From Acidobacteriota bacterium (GTDB taxonomy: Bacteria > Acidobacteriota > Blastocatellia > RBC074): a stretch of 34,400 bases of DNA. Shown here piece by piece: positions 1 to 8,319 of this stretch. The notes below the pieces were generated by a model. The model did not search any database and had not been told where the DNA came from. It saw nothing but the letters and a program-made list of their open reading frames with translations. Made by a program: the position numbers and the translations under genes. How positions within the stretch are numbered: position 1 is the stretch's first letter; each line of letters opens with the position of its first letter. The stretch lies in assembly GCA_040380245.1 (NCBI GenBank), contig JBEIJP010000001.1, positions 1 to 34,400 of the forward strand. Reading direction: 5' to 3'.

Positions 1-1
1 C

Positions 2-229
2 TCTGATCCCCACCTGAAATTGATGATCCACGGTTGGTTGACCGATATCTGGCTCCTCTCCACGAACGAGTCGTCTTCTCCCGCTGATGACGACCTCGAG
101 CCGTCCCACCGCAACGTCTGGAGCCACGGTCGTCCGCTCGCGCTGCTGAGTGACGGACAGATGCAACTCCTCGGTTCCCGCCGTGCGACCTTGGACGCGC
201 TGCTCGATGTCGGAATCGAGATCGCCTGA
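2..229 (+). CDS. 3' end of a CDS that runs off the left window edge; product unknown
   Basis: The frame is open from base 2, with no stop before the TTG/ATG at 20-25. Third codon positions are GC-rich like the confident genes. TGA at 227-229, with a strong intrinsic terminator about 45 nt downstream. No family is recognisable from the roughly 75 visible residues. Confidence 0.4.
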   Translation, partial: SDPHLKLMIHGWLTDIWLLSTNESSSPADDDLEPSHRNVWSHGRPLALLSDGQMQLLGSRRATLDALLDVGIEIA

Positions 230-274
230 ACAATTTTTGCTCGTTGTCCTCCTTGTCAATGTTGACCTTCTCCG

Positions 275-310
275 AGTGGACTGAGAGACCTTCTCTCAGT
301 CCACTTTTTT
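275..310 (+). terminator. Rho-independent terminator
   Basis: AGTGGACTGAGAG / CTCTCAGTCCACT form a 13-bp perfect stem with a short loop, followed directly by TTTTTT (305-310). Confidence 0.75.
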
Positions 311-512
311 GTCTCGCGAAGCCGACGGGGAGCGGTGCCACGATATTGACCCCGGGGCCCCCTCGTCAGAGAGGGGCTTCTCATTGAAAACCCGATCCTC
401 GTTCCAGCTCGGCGGAGGAAGCAGCGCCATCGATCGGAGGAGTGTCTTTGGAAAAAGCGAGAAAAGGGGCGCAGGTTGAGCGAAAAGGTGGGTATAGGGA
501 GAATCCCGGGCA

Positions 513-1007
513 TCAACGGTCTCGCGCGGCAAGGGCTCGGAGGTAGATGACCGTCTTCCAGATCTCCTCGTCAGTCAGGTTTAGAACGGGCGGCATCGTC
601 AACTTTCCGTCGACCCGTTTCCCGTATTTGATGGCCAGGAAGAGTCGACCGTCCGGATAGGAGGAGACAGGATCGAGTGTCAGATTCGCCGGCGGCGCGA
701 CAAGGGATCCGCGCGAAGGCCCGTCTCCCTGACCAGTGTAGCCGTGACAGTTCGCGCAGTTTCTTAGAAAAAGACGCTCTCCTTCCTGCGCTGTCTCGGC
801 TGGATTGGATTGATTGAGGAGCGGGTTGACCGTTTCTGGCTGGACATTGCCTGGAAAGGTAGGAGGGAGCTCCTGCCGGCAGGCAGCCGCAAACAGGAGG
901 CTCGAGAGAATGACGAATCCAGTCAGCCGACTAATCAAGGCGTACACTCCCCGGGCAGTTCCTCTCAGACCAGGACAGCGATCGCCCAGGAAGCCGGTCT
1001 GCCCCAC
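513..1007 (-). CDS. small membrane/lipid-anchored c-type cytochrome (class I-like)
   Basis: Single heme-binding CxxCH motif (CANCH) with a distal Met (KLTMPP). Hydrophobic N-terminal segment ending AAAC. The start at 1007 is GTG, so the true start is uncertain. Only 3 nt separate it from the upstream PEGA gene stop. Confidence 0.8.
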   Translation of the reverse strand: MGQTGFLGDRCPGLRGTARGVYALISRLTGFVILSSLLFAAACRQELPPTFPGNVQPETVNPLLNQSNPAETAQEGERLFLRNCANCHGYTGQGDGPSRGSLVAPPANLTLDPVSSYPDGRLFLAIKYGKRVDGKLTMPPVLNLTDEEIWKTVIYLRALAARDR

Positions 1008-1010
1008 TCG

Positions 1011-1769
1011 TCAAGGCTCGGCTCGAGTCATCGAAGCGAGCATTCCCATCTGCTGCTGCTTCTTGACGGCTACCCGGCTGCTCCATTCCACATACCCGTC
1101 GGCGACGAGCCGCACCTGATGCTCTCCGGCAAGCAGATGCACCGTGCGGGGAGTGACGCCAGAGTACTGCCCATCAATATAGATGCGGGCCGGCGTGTAG
1201 GCGCTGATTGTCAGCAGCCCCGTCGCGTCCGTCGGGGGAGGATCGATCTGCTCGATCATAACTCCCGATTCGTCCAGAGAGCGCAGTGGTCGGCCCGACC
1301 CTCTCACAGACCCATCGGCGACATCGCTTGTCTCGCGAGCTGGAAGCTCCTCCAATCGACCGGACATCGTCCGAACGCTCTCGTCCTCGCTCAACCCAGC
1401 AGTGATGCCTTCGGCGGAGTTCTCTCCGGAGGCCAGAAGATCCTTCTGCGAACCTCCTGGTCGGTTTCGCCGACTGGGCCGTCGGGTCGCTTTCTCCTCT
1501 TCGATCTCCGCGATCATTGGAGGCGGCTCCTGGTGGAGAAGCGTGACCAATCCCCCCCAGTCGATCACTCGGATCATCACCAGGGATCCCAGCATGAAGA
1601 CCGCTGTCAGAGACCAGCTCGAGAGCGTACCCCACAATCGCTTCTGATCAAGAATCTTCCGTGAGGCGGAGGGGCCGGGCTGTGAGGAAAAGGGGCGGAT
1701 AGGGCGGTGGCATCGCACGCAGTAGGAGTGCCAGTCGGGCGCGTCGAGGTTGCAGTGGGGGCATTTCAT
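1011..1769 (-). CDS. zinc-ribbon / single-TM / PEGA-domain protein
   Basis: N-terminal CPHC...CVRC zinc-ribbon pattern, one hydrophobic helix (LTAVFMLGSLVMIRVI), and a C-terminal PEGA-like module (ARIYIDGQYSGVTPRTVHLLAGEHQVRLVADGY). ATG at 1767-1769. Confidence 0.75.
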   Translation of the reverse strand: MKCPHCNLDAPDWHSYCVRCHRPIRPFSSQPGPSASRKILDQKRLWGTLSSWSLTAVFMLGSLVMIRVIDWGGLVTLLHQEPPPMIAEIEEEKATRRPSRRNRPGGSQKDLLASGENSAEGITAGLSEDESVRTMSGRLEELPARETSDVADGSVRGSGRPLRSLDESGVMIEQIDPPPTDATGLLTISAYTPARIYIDGQYSGVTPRTVHLLAGEHQVRLVADGYVEWSSRVAVKKQQQMGMLASMTRAEP

Positions 1770-2136
1770 TGCTGTGTGTCAATCCAATCATTTCCATTGC
1801 GAACATGGTTCTCCGGATCATACACTCCCTTTTCTGCTCTCCGATGCCTCCAGGAAAGCACCCTCCAGGCTCGAGGGCTAAGCTACCCATTGGCCAGCGA
1901 TTCCCGATCGTGCCAACGTGGTTATGGGGGTCATCGCTCGCACACGCCCCGGCGATTCAGGGCGATGATTCGCCATCTGTCCTCTGCCCGAGCGTGAAGT
2001 CTATGTAGTTTTTACACGCCAGGGTAGTGTGATCCTGTATTTTTGACATAGTCATCATGGCACACGAACGCAAATTTCGCCAAGCACAAAATAAGGTTCG
2101 CCCTGGCGTTGGGCGGTCGTCCGTGAGGAGGGGGAG

Positions 2137-2901
2137 ATGATCCAGTTTGAAGGGCGAGTGGTGCTGGTCACCGGAGCATCCAGGGGAATTGGAGCTGCTA
2201 CTGCACTCGACTTTGCCCGGGCGGGCGCGCGTGGGGTTGTCGTCCACTATCACACACGGGTCGAGGAGGCCCATGCGGTCGCTGGGGAGATTGAAAAGGC
2301 AGGGGGGGAATCAATGGTGGAAGGGGCCGACCTGGCGGATTCCGTGGCGGTCGAAGCCCTCTTCTCGAAGACTCTCGCCCGATTTGGCGGGATCGATATC
2401 GTCGTGGCCAATGCCGGAGTCTGGCCCTCCGAATCCTGTCCGCTGGATCGTGTATCCGCAGAGCGTTGGAGCCATACTTTGCGTGTCAATCTCGATGGGA
2501 TGTTCCACGTCTGCCGTGAGGCAGGTAAGGTCCTGCGGGACGAGGGCGCCCTGGTGACGGTCAGTTCGACGGCAGGGCAGCGGGGGGAGGCCGGACACGC
2601 CGACTACGCCGCATCGAAGGGTGGGGTCATCAGCCTCACCAAATCCCTCGCGGTCGAGTTGGCTCCCCGGGGGATTCGCGTCAATTGCGTCGCGCCGGGT
2701 TGGGTCGAGACGGATATGTCCGCTCCCGCTCTACGGGTGGATGCGATCGCACGTCAATCGGTGCTTCGCGCGATTCCTCTCGGGCGGATCGCTACCCCGG
2801 AAGAGGTCGCCGGGCCGATCCTCTTTCTCGCGTCTTCCCTGGCTCGACACATCACGGGGGAGATTCTCAATGTCAATGGCGGGTCTGTTCTCTGTGGATG
2901 A
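2137..2901 (+). CDS. short-chain dehydrogenase/reductase (FabG-like 3-oxoacyl reductase family)
   Basis: TGASRGIG cofactor motif, NAG, and the catalytic S...YAASK triad. GGAGG Shine-Dalgarno immediately upstream of the ATG. Confidence 0.92.
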   Translation: MIQFEGRVVLVTGASRGIGAATALDFARAGARGVVVHYHTRVEEAHAVAGEIEKAGGESMVEGADLADSVAVEALFSKTLARFGGIDIVVANAGVWPSESCPLDRVSAERWSHTLRVNLDGMFHVCREAGKVLRDEGALVTVSSTAGQRGEAGHADYAASKGGVISLTKSLAVELAPRGIRVNCVAPGWVETDMSAPALRVDAIARQSVLRAIPLGRIATPEEVAGPILFLASSLARHITGEILNVNGGSVLCG

Positions 2902-2916
2902 CGATCGGCGAGGGAA

Positions 2917-3168
2917 TCAACGGCGCGTCTTCATCCATCGTTTGGAGCTGAGTACTTCGCGGGTGTGATGCGGGGTCGCTTTGCTGAGCACGGTGTGTTG
3001 GATCGTGATCAGTAATTGATCGTCCCGCCCCCGAAAGCGGCCGGTCAATGGGAAATTGCCTGTTTGTACAACGACGCCCTCGCGGACCATGGACCAGAAC
3101 TGCTTCTGTGTAATCCAATACTGCTTTTCGTTGTTGCAGACAATAAGCGCCGTCTTCTTGACTTTCAT
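2917..3168 (-). CDS. small hypothetical protein (83 aa)
   Basis: Internal ATG (MKVKKTALIVCNNEKQYWITQKQFW...) of the 121-aa ORF in the track. No family recognised. GC is lower than its neighbours (my rough hand count is about 53%). Confidence 0.4.
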   Translation of the reverse strand: MKVKKTALIVCNNEKQYWITQKQFWSMVREGVVVQTGNFPLTGRFRGRDDQLLITIQHTVLSKATPHHTREVLSSKRWMKTRR

Positions 3169-3213
3169 AGGACACCCCACGGCAAAATAGTCGATTGCCA
3201 GGAGGATTGCAAG

Positions 3214-3247
3214 AGGGGGGTCTCGTCGCCTTCGGAGACTCCCCCCT
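3214..3247 (-). terminator. GC-rich hairpin downstream of aroF (probable operon terminator, weak U-tract)
   Basis: AGGGGGGTCTC ... GAGA(CT)CCCCCCT stem with a 2-nt bulge, about 75 nt after the aroF stop. No clean T-run on either strand. Confidence 0.45.
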
Positions 3248-3320
3248 GTGTCTATCACGCCGAATGGCGCGGTTGATCTCAATCGCCGGGTGGCACGGTT
3301 GGTGAGGACACGGGCTGGAG

Positions 3321-4343
3321 TCAGGCGCTCACCAGCGAGTGGCGTAAGGCAAGGTGAGGCTCCAATTCCCGCATCATCGACGCAAACTCCTCCAGGCGGA
3401 GTGATTGAGGCCCATCTGACCAGGCTTCCTCCGGGTTTGGGTGAACTTCGGTCATAATTCCATCCGCCCCCACCGCGACGATCGCCTTGGCGAGTGGACG
3501 CACCAGGCTTCGCTTTCCAGTGGCGTGGCTCGGATCGGCGACAACCGGCAGGTGCGTCAATTCATGGAGGAGTGGTACCGCCGCCAGGTCGAGCGTATTG
3601 CGCGTCGCTGTCTCGAACGTGCGGATCCCCCGCTCGCAGAGAATGACTTGTGGATTGCCGTGCGAGACGATGTACTCGGCCGAGAGCAGAAATTCCTTGA
3701 TTGTCGCCGAGAGACCTCGCTTGAGGAGGACCGGCTTGGCAATTTCTCCCAGCTTCTTGAGGAGCGCGAAGTTCTGCATATTCCGGGCCCCTACCTGGAG
3801 GATGTCCGCGTACTGCGCGACCAGCTCCACGTCCCCTGTGTCGAGCACTTCGGTGATCACCTTGAGCCCGGTTCGTTCCCGTGCCTCGGCCAGCAGTTTG
3901 AGTCCATCCTCGGCCATCCCCTGAAAGTCATAGGGAGAGGTGCGTGGTTTGTAGGCTCCCCCACGCAGGATTTGTGCTCCGGCCCGAGCAACTGCCTCGG
4001 CGGTCGTCATGACTTGATCGTACCCCTCGACCGAGCATGGACCCGCCATGACGACAAAGCCGCCGTCACCGATCGTCACCTCTCCGAGGCGAATGACCGA
4101 GCGCTCCTTTTTGACTTCCCGGCTGACCAGTTTGAAGGGCTGGAGGATGGGAAACGCGTTCTCGACCCCATCGGCAGCCCGTAAATGCTCGAGATGCTCT
4201 GACTTGTCACCAGGACCGACAGCCGCGACCACGGTCCGCTCCGTCCCTTCGATGATGTGTGGCGCATAGCCAAACCCTCGGACCATCTCGCAGACATGCT
4301 CGAGTTGGGTTCGGGTCGCTTCTGGCTTCATGGAAATAATCAT
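3321..4343 (-). CDS. aroF: 3-deoxy-7-phosphoheptulonate (DAHP) synthase, type I-beta, with an N-terminal ferredoxin-like regulatory domain
   Basis: Motifs [24 protein letters not shown] and DPSHATG. The roughly 75-aa N-terminal extension has the Thermotoga-type architecture ([10 protein letters not shown]...[10 protein letters not shown]). AAGGAG lies upstream of the ATG. Confidence 0.92.
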   Translation of the reverse strand: MIISMKPEATRTQLEHVCEMVRGFGYAPHIIEGTERTVVAAVGPGDKSEHLEHLRAADGVENAFPILQPFKLVSREVKKERSVIRLGEVTIGDGGFVVMAGPCSVEGYDQVMTTAEAVARAGAQILRGGAYKPRTSPYDFQGMAEDGLKLLAEARERTGLKVITEVLDTGDVELVAQYADILQVGARNMQNFALLKKLGEIAKPVLLKRGLSATIKEFLLSAEYIVSHGNPQVILCERGIRTFETATRNTLDLAAVPLLHELTHLPVVADPSHATGKRSLVRPLAKAIVAVGADGIMTEVHPNPEEAWSDGPQSLRLEEFASMMRELEPHLALRHSLVSA

Positions 4344-4418
4344 AGATCGAACTCTCCTTTTGACTTCAATTCAGCCTCCGGAAATTCCGTTGCTGGTCCA
4401 GAGGTCGGGAAACAGACG

Positions 4419-5324
4419 TTAGCACGAAGGAGTCGGGGGCGCAGGAACCAGAGGTTCACCCGACTCGAAAAGCAGAGAGGGCTGGGCCGGACCGTGTCGA
4501 TACGTCCCCAGCACCCGAACTCCTGTGGCAAACTCGGCCAGATGGGCGAGCGCACGTGCCACGCGGAGCTCTTCCGGGTGACCCAGAAAGTCGAGATAGA
4601 AGGTGTACTCCCAGGGACGTCCGTGAATCGGACGGGATTCGATCTTGGTCAGATCGATCTCTCGAAGCGCGAAGACGGCCATCGCGCGGTAGAGGGAGCC
4701 GGTCCGGTTCTCGAGCGTGAAGACGATCGAGGTCTTGTTGACCTCGGATGGCGCTGAGAAAGGCGGGATGGTTCCTCCTTCTCGAATCAGCAGAAAGAAC
4801 CGGGTAAAGTTTTGCGGGTCGTCTTCGATTCCTTCGAGCAGCAGGCTGGCGCCGTAGACCTCGGCCGCGTAGCGTCCGGCAATCGCGGCGGCGCCTGGCT
4901 CTGGTATCTCCATGACGCGTTTGACGCTCCCAGCCGTGTCGGCGGCGGCCACAGGTCGCAGCTGAGGGGACTGCACAAAGAATCTCCGACACTGTCCCAA
5001 CGCAACCGGGTGAGAATAGACCTGACGCACCTCCGCCAGGGTTGTGCCGGGAGGAGCGATCAGGTTGTGGACGATCCGAAGGTAGGTCTCTCCGACGATC
5101 GTCAAGTGATGGCGCAGCAGCAGGTCGAAGTTCTGATAGACAGGACCGAAGAGGGTGTTCTCGATCGGCGCCAGGCACGCGTCGCACTCCCCACGCTCCG
5201 TTACCGCGAACATCTCTTCAAAGGTCTCACACGGGACCAATTCGATCTCTCGCCCTAACATCCGGTGCGCGGCCTCCGTACTGAACGCTCCACGCTCTCC
5301 CTGAAATGCTACCCGAAGGCTCAT
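4419..5324 (-). CDS. pheA: prephenate dehydratase with C-terminal ACT domain
   Basis: RVAFQGERGAFS N-terminus, TRF motif (NFTRFF), and an ACT region with ESRP (TGSLYRAMAVFALREIDLTKIESRP). I prefer the ATG at 5324 (MSLRVAF) because GGAGAGGAGG sits 6 nt upstream. The track start at 5345 lies inside that SD. Confidence 0.92.
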   Translation of the reverse strand: MSLRVAFQGERGAFSTEAAHRMLGREIELVPCETFEEMFAVTERGECDACLAPIENTLFGPVYQNFDLLLRHHLTIVGETYLRIVHNLIAPPGTTLAEVRQVYSHPVALGQCRRFFVQSPQLRPVAAADTAGSVKRVMEIPEPGAAAIAGRYAAEVYGASLLLEGIEDDPQNFTRFFLLIREGGTIPPFSAPSEVNKTSIVFTLENRTGSLYRAMAVFALREIDLTKIESRPIHGRPWEYTFYLDFLGHPEELRVARALAHLAEFATGVRVLGTYRHGPAQPSLLFESGEPLVPAPPTPSC

Positions 5325-5379
5325 GTGAATCCTCCTCTCCTTCATCCCGCTCTCCGCCTTGCGCGGAAGATCGTTCCCT

Positions 5380-5417
5380 GAAAGGAAAAGCCCCTCGTCG
5401 CGGGTCGAACGAGGGGC
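5380..5417 (-). terminator. Rho-independent terminator located about 55 nt upstream of the pheA start codon
   Basis: On the minus strand: GCCCCTCGT-(10 nt)-ACGAGGGGC, a 9-bp stem, followed by TTTTCCTTTC. Confidence 0.7.
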
Positions 5418-5445
5418 TCTCTTTACCTGTCTGGTCGCGACGTGA

Positions 5446-5649
5446 TTATGTCGCGCGCCGACCGGCCCCGATGGAGGGGCTAAACCAAAAAAAGAGTCCT
5501 GATGGGGGAATGTCCAAGCCGAGAAGACGATCCGGTGAAAGAGCGAGACATCCGGAATAGAGATATCTTAGAAGTACGGGGACAGCCCCAATCCGGAGGG
5601 CTCCCCCACTCCTTCGATCCATTCTGTTTCGAATCTCTTCGACCAGCAT
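5446..5649 (-). CDS. candidate leader ORF (67 codons) ending ...GLFFWFSPSIGAGRRAT
   Basis: ATG at 5649 is preceded by AGAAGGAGA (4-nt spacer). It contains TTT TTT TGG TTT. The stop TAA lies in the loop of a CGCGAC/GTCGCG hairpin. Third-position GC is lower than in real genes, so this may be non-coding RNA. Confidence 0.25.
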   Translation of the reverse strand: MLVEEIRNRMDRRSGGALRIGAVPVLLRYLYSGCLALSPDRLLGLDIPPSGLFFWFSPSIGAGRRAT

Positions 5650-5803
5650 TGGTCTCCTTCTGATAGCGAGCGGCCAGTTAAGTTCCCAATTCCGAGCTAG
5701 AGGGAGCGATCCGGCTTGGGTTTTCATCAAGTCTAGACCGGGTCTCAAACAGAAAATTCCACGCGCAACGGCCAGGAATGCTTGTCTTCTCGAACAGAAC
5801 CTG

Positions 5804-5833
5804 GATTATGAACCCGCGTCTACGGTCCGTCAA
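5804..5833 (-). promoter_or_regulatory. candidate sigma-70-type promoter for the pheA leader
   Basis: Minus strand TTGACG (5833-5828), 18-nt spacer, ATAATC (5809-5804). Pattern match only. Confidence 0.3.
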
Positions 5834-5877
5834 GTATTCTTCTTCGCCTTGGCAGGCAGAACCGCAACCACCGCGAC

Positions 5878-6531
5878 CTACCGTCCCGGGGAGGGCCGGC
5901 TCAACTGAAGAGGGTTCGCTTCGATCCCAGGGGGAGGAAAGAGGCGGATATTGTAGACGGCCTTGAATTCAGCGGCGAGTTCGCGGAGGGACTGGTAGTC
6001 GACCTGGAGAGGGGGACGCAGCGTACCCGCCATTCCAATCGCCTCCACTCCCAGCTGGTTGGCAATGTAGAGGGCGCGGGGCAAGTGAAACTGCTGGGTC
6101 ACCAGGACGGCCCGTGTCAGACCATAGACGGTTCGCGCCCTCAGGCAGGTCTCAAAGGTCGATCGCCCGCTCGGGTCGAGCAGGATGTCCCTGCCGGGAA
6201 TCGACCGCGCGATGAGGTACTCCTGCATGGCTCTTGGCTCATTGTAGTTCGGATGACGGTTATCCCCGGACACCAGAATCTGGTCGACCTTCCTTGCGCG
6301 GTAGAGTTGAATCGCCGTTTCGACACGATCAGCGAGCACGGGAGAGAGCTGCCGATTGCCAAGCACACTCGCGCCAAAGACAATCGCGACGCGCGGACGC
6401 GGCCAATCATCGGTTGGGACCACTTCCACCTCCGAGACAATCCGCCTGTCGTACTGGTGGACCTCCCGTTGAACGAAGAAGACGGCCCCAATCGCGAGAA
6501 AGAAAAGCCCAATGAACAAACGACTCGCCAT
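5878..6531 (-). CDS. SanA/ElyC/YdcF-family (DUF218) membrane-anchored protein
   Basis: N-terminal TM (LFIGLFFLAIGAVFFV) followed by the DUF218 core (VAIVFGASV..., ILVSGDNRHPNYNEPRAMQEYL, LVTQQFHLPRA). Confidence 0.85.
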   Translation of the reverse strand: MASRLFIGLFFLAIGAVFFVQREVHQYDRRIVSEVEVVPTDDWPRPRVAIVFGASVLGNRQLSPVLADRVETAIQLYRARKVDQILVSGDNRHPNYNEPRAMQEYLIARSIPGRDILLDPSGRSTFETCLRARTVYGLTRAVLVTQQFHLPRALYIANQLGVEAIGMAGTLRPPLQVDYQSLRELAAEFKAVYNIRLFPPPGIEANPLQLSRPSPGR

Positions 6532-6847
6532 GGCTGACCGATCCGAGCTCCTGCGATTCTGCTGACGTCTCTGAGCGACTGCGGGGGCGGCTGACTGATG
6601 GGCGCACGGATTGGCTCTCCCCCAGATCCTTCCCCTCTTGTATCGGACTGGAAGACAATGATCTTCCCGACCCTCTTATCAGACAACCAGCCGATCCCGA
6701 TGTCAACCCGTTGGAAATCTTCCTGGTTGGCGGGTCGGCAGACCGCAGCCGATCGGCCACTGCCCAGGTGGGTGAGCGGTTGGACATTTTCAGCCTGACT
6801 GGTCAGATTCGCTCGCGCCACATCACCACCTCGGTTTCGCGATTGGC

Positions 6848-6877
6848 TTGACTTTCCGTGGCTCTGCCTCGTATAAC
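6848..6877 (+). promoter_or_regulatory. candidate sigma-70-type promoter upstream of the sigma-factor gene
   Basis: TTGACT (6848-6853), 18 nt, TATAAC (6872-6877), about 165 nt before the ATG at 7043. Pattern match only. Confidence 0.3.
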
Positions 6878-7042
6878 GTTTTTTCTGCCACCTCCCGTTC
6901 GGGAACACGTTGCTTCGCAATTGCCGCGATGCTGCGTCCCCCGCGATCGGAAATTAAGGGCGACTCAGCCACGCCCACACACATTCATTGTTCAGTAGCT
7001 ACCTCCGAAAAGCGTACGAGGGTGCGAAGAAGGGAACCGTCT

Positions 7043-8158
7043 ATGCTGGAGATCGATCCGGTGCTGGACTCCTTTATTCAAGCCGCAGCCGGGCAAGAAC
7101 GGGAAGACCAGCTCGAGAAGCTCGTGTTGCAGTCCATCCCGATCATTCGACGCGTCCTTCGCCACCGGCTCGGGTTCCATGTCAATGCCAAGGGGGAGTC
7201 TTCGCGCGTTCCGGACGCGGCGGACCTCTTTCACGAAATCCTGGTCCGCATTCTGCAACGACTGCATGCCTTGCAGGTCAAAGGGGGTGGGGAGGAGATC
7301 CGGGATTTTGGCGCCTATGTCAGCCGGACCGCCGGCAATGCCTGTCATGACTACCTGCGCGAGCGATACCCGCTCCGCCATCTTCTCAAGAATCGGATCC
7401 GCTATCTCCTGCACGAGCGACCTGAGTTGGTGGTTCGCGAGCATCGCCAGGGTGCTCGACGCGCGGTTCGCTGCGGATTGACGAGTTGGCCGGAGGACCT
7501 CTGGCAGCCGTCGCCGGGCAATGCACGTCAGGTAATCGAGGTCGAGGAGTCGCTCAAAGAATGGCTGCGGGTCGAGCTTGGGACAGGACTCAGTTTCGAG
7601 TCATCTTCGCTGGCAAGGGTCCTCATCGGGATTTTGACCCGAATTGGGGAGCCAATCGAGCTCGATCGAATGGTCTATCTCGTCGCTTCCCTTCGTGGCA
7701 CCAGGGAATGGACGGTCGAATCGATCGACGAGGAGGAGAATCTGCTCGCCGGGTCGCTTCCTGATCCTCACCCCCGGGCAGATCAGCAGCTCGAAGAGGG
7801 AGAGTTGCTGCAGCGTCTCTGGCAAGCGATCCTGACCCTGCCGCTCGTGCAGCGGAGGATTGTGCTCCTCGGGCAAGGCGATGAGCGGGGCCACGACTTT
7901 TGGAGTCTTCTTCTCGAATCCGGAACGGTCCCCCTCGCCGAGCTCTGTGCCAGCCTGGAACTGCCATCGATCGAGATCGCGGCGCTCTGGGCGGAGATTC
8001 CCCTGGATACACCGGCGTTGGCGACCTTCCTCAATCTCACTCGCACGCAGGTCATCCGCTGGAAGTTCTACGCGCGTCAGCAACTGCGCCGACGGATGCT
8101 GCAGACGGCCGCTCCCTCCAGAAAAAAGTCTGGCAGATCGACTCGTGGAACCGAGTGA
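7043..8158 (+). CDS. sigma-70-family (ECF-like) RNA polymerase sigma factor with an unusually long region between sigma-2 and sigma-4
   Basis: Sigma-2-like segment (DLFHEILVRILQRL...FGAYVSRTAGNACHDYLRERYP) and sigma-4-like segment (LWQAILTLPLVQRRIVLL...FLNLTRTQVIRWKFYARQQLRR). I chose the ATG at 7043 (MLEIDP) over the track start at 6848, which overlaps the promoter-like AT-rich stretch. Confidence 0.7.
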   Translation: MLEIDPVLDSFIQAAAGQEREDQLEKLVLQSIPIIRRVLRHRLGFHVNAKGESSRVPDAADLFHEILVRILQRLHALQVKGGGEEIRDFGAYVSRTAGNACHDYLRERYPLRHLLKNRIRYLLHERPELVVREHRQGARRAVRCGLTSWPEDLWQPSPGNARQVIEVEESLKEWLRVELGTGLSFESSSLARVLIGILTRIGEPIELDRMVYLVASLRGTREWTVESIDEEENLLAGSLPDPHPRADQQLEEGELLQRLWQAILTLPLVQRRIVLLGQGDERGHDFWSLLLESGTVPLAELCASLELPSIEIAALWAEIPLDTPALATFLNLTRTQVIRWKFYARQQLRRRMLQTAAPSRKKSGRSTRGTE

Positions 8159-8319
8159 GACACCGGGGGGCACGTCATACAGTCTTCGTGGCAATCACCC
8201 GGGCTGGCTCAACCGGGTCGTTACCCAGGCGAGCCTGCCATCCATGTCAGCAGGTGCTCGAGTCCTCTGATACTGGCAGGGTGCGGGTCAGGAGGAGGGG
8301 GCGGAGGAAGAGAGATCAA

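Noticed and set aside
11-21. The 11-mer CACCTGAAATT is shared by the two window ends (11-21 and 34115-34125), which could suggest terminal repeats.
   Set aside because: An 11-nt exact match is expected by chance many times in 34 kb, and the flanks diverge immediately. The left copy lies inside an apparently coding frame.
5420-5870. Possibility that the pheA-upstream gap encodes a housekeeping RNA (RNase P RNA, tmRNA, SRP/4.5S, 6S, T-box).
   Set aside because: I looked on both strands for the hallmark strings: GGAAAGTCCGG and ACAGAAnCCGGCTTA for RNase P, a tRNA-like GGTTCGAnTCC 3' end for tmRNA, GGAAGCAGCC-type SRP domain IV, and the AGGGTGGnACCGCG T-box. None was found. 6S RNA cannot be excluded by eye.
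6141-6920. 259-aa ORF overlapping the SanA-like gene.
   Set aside because: It overlaps a well-supported gene out of frame for 390 nt, has only moderate third-position GC and no motifs. The non-overlapping part is mentioned as a low-interest finding.
6901-6929. GGGAAC upstream of the sigma gene as an ECF-type autoregulatory -35 element.
   Set aside because: There is no CGT(C/A)-type -10 element at the required 16-17 nt spacing; the nearest CGTC is about 28 nt away.
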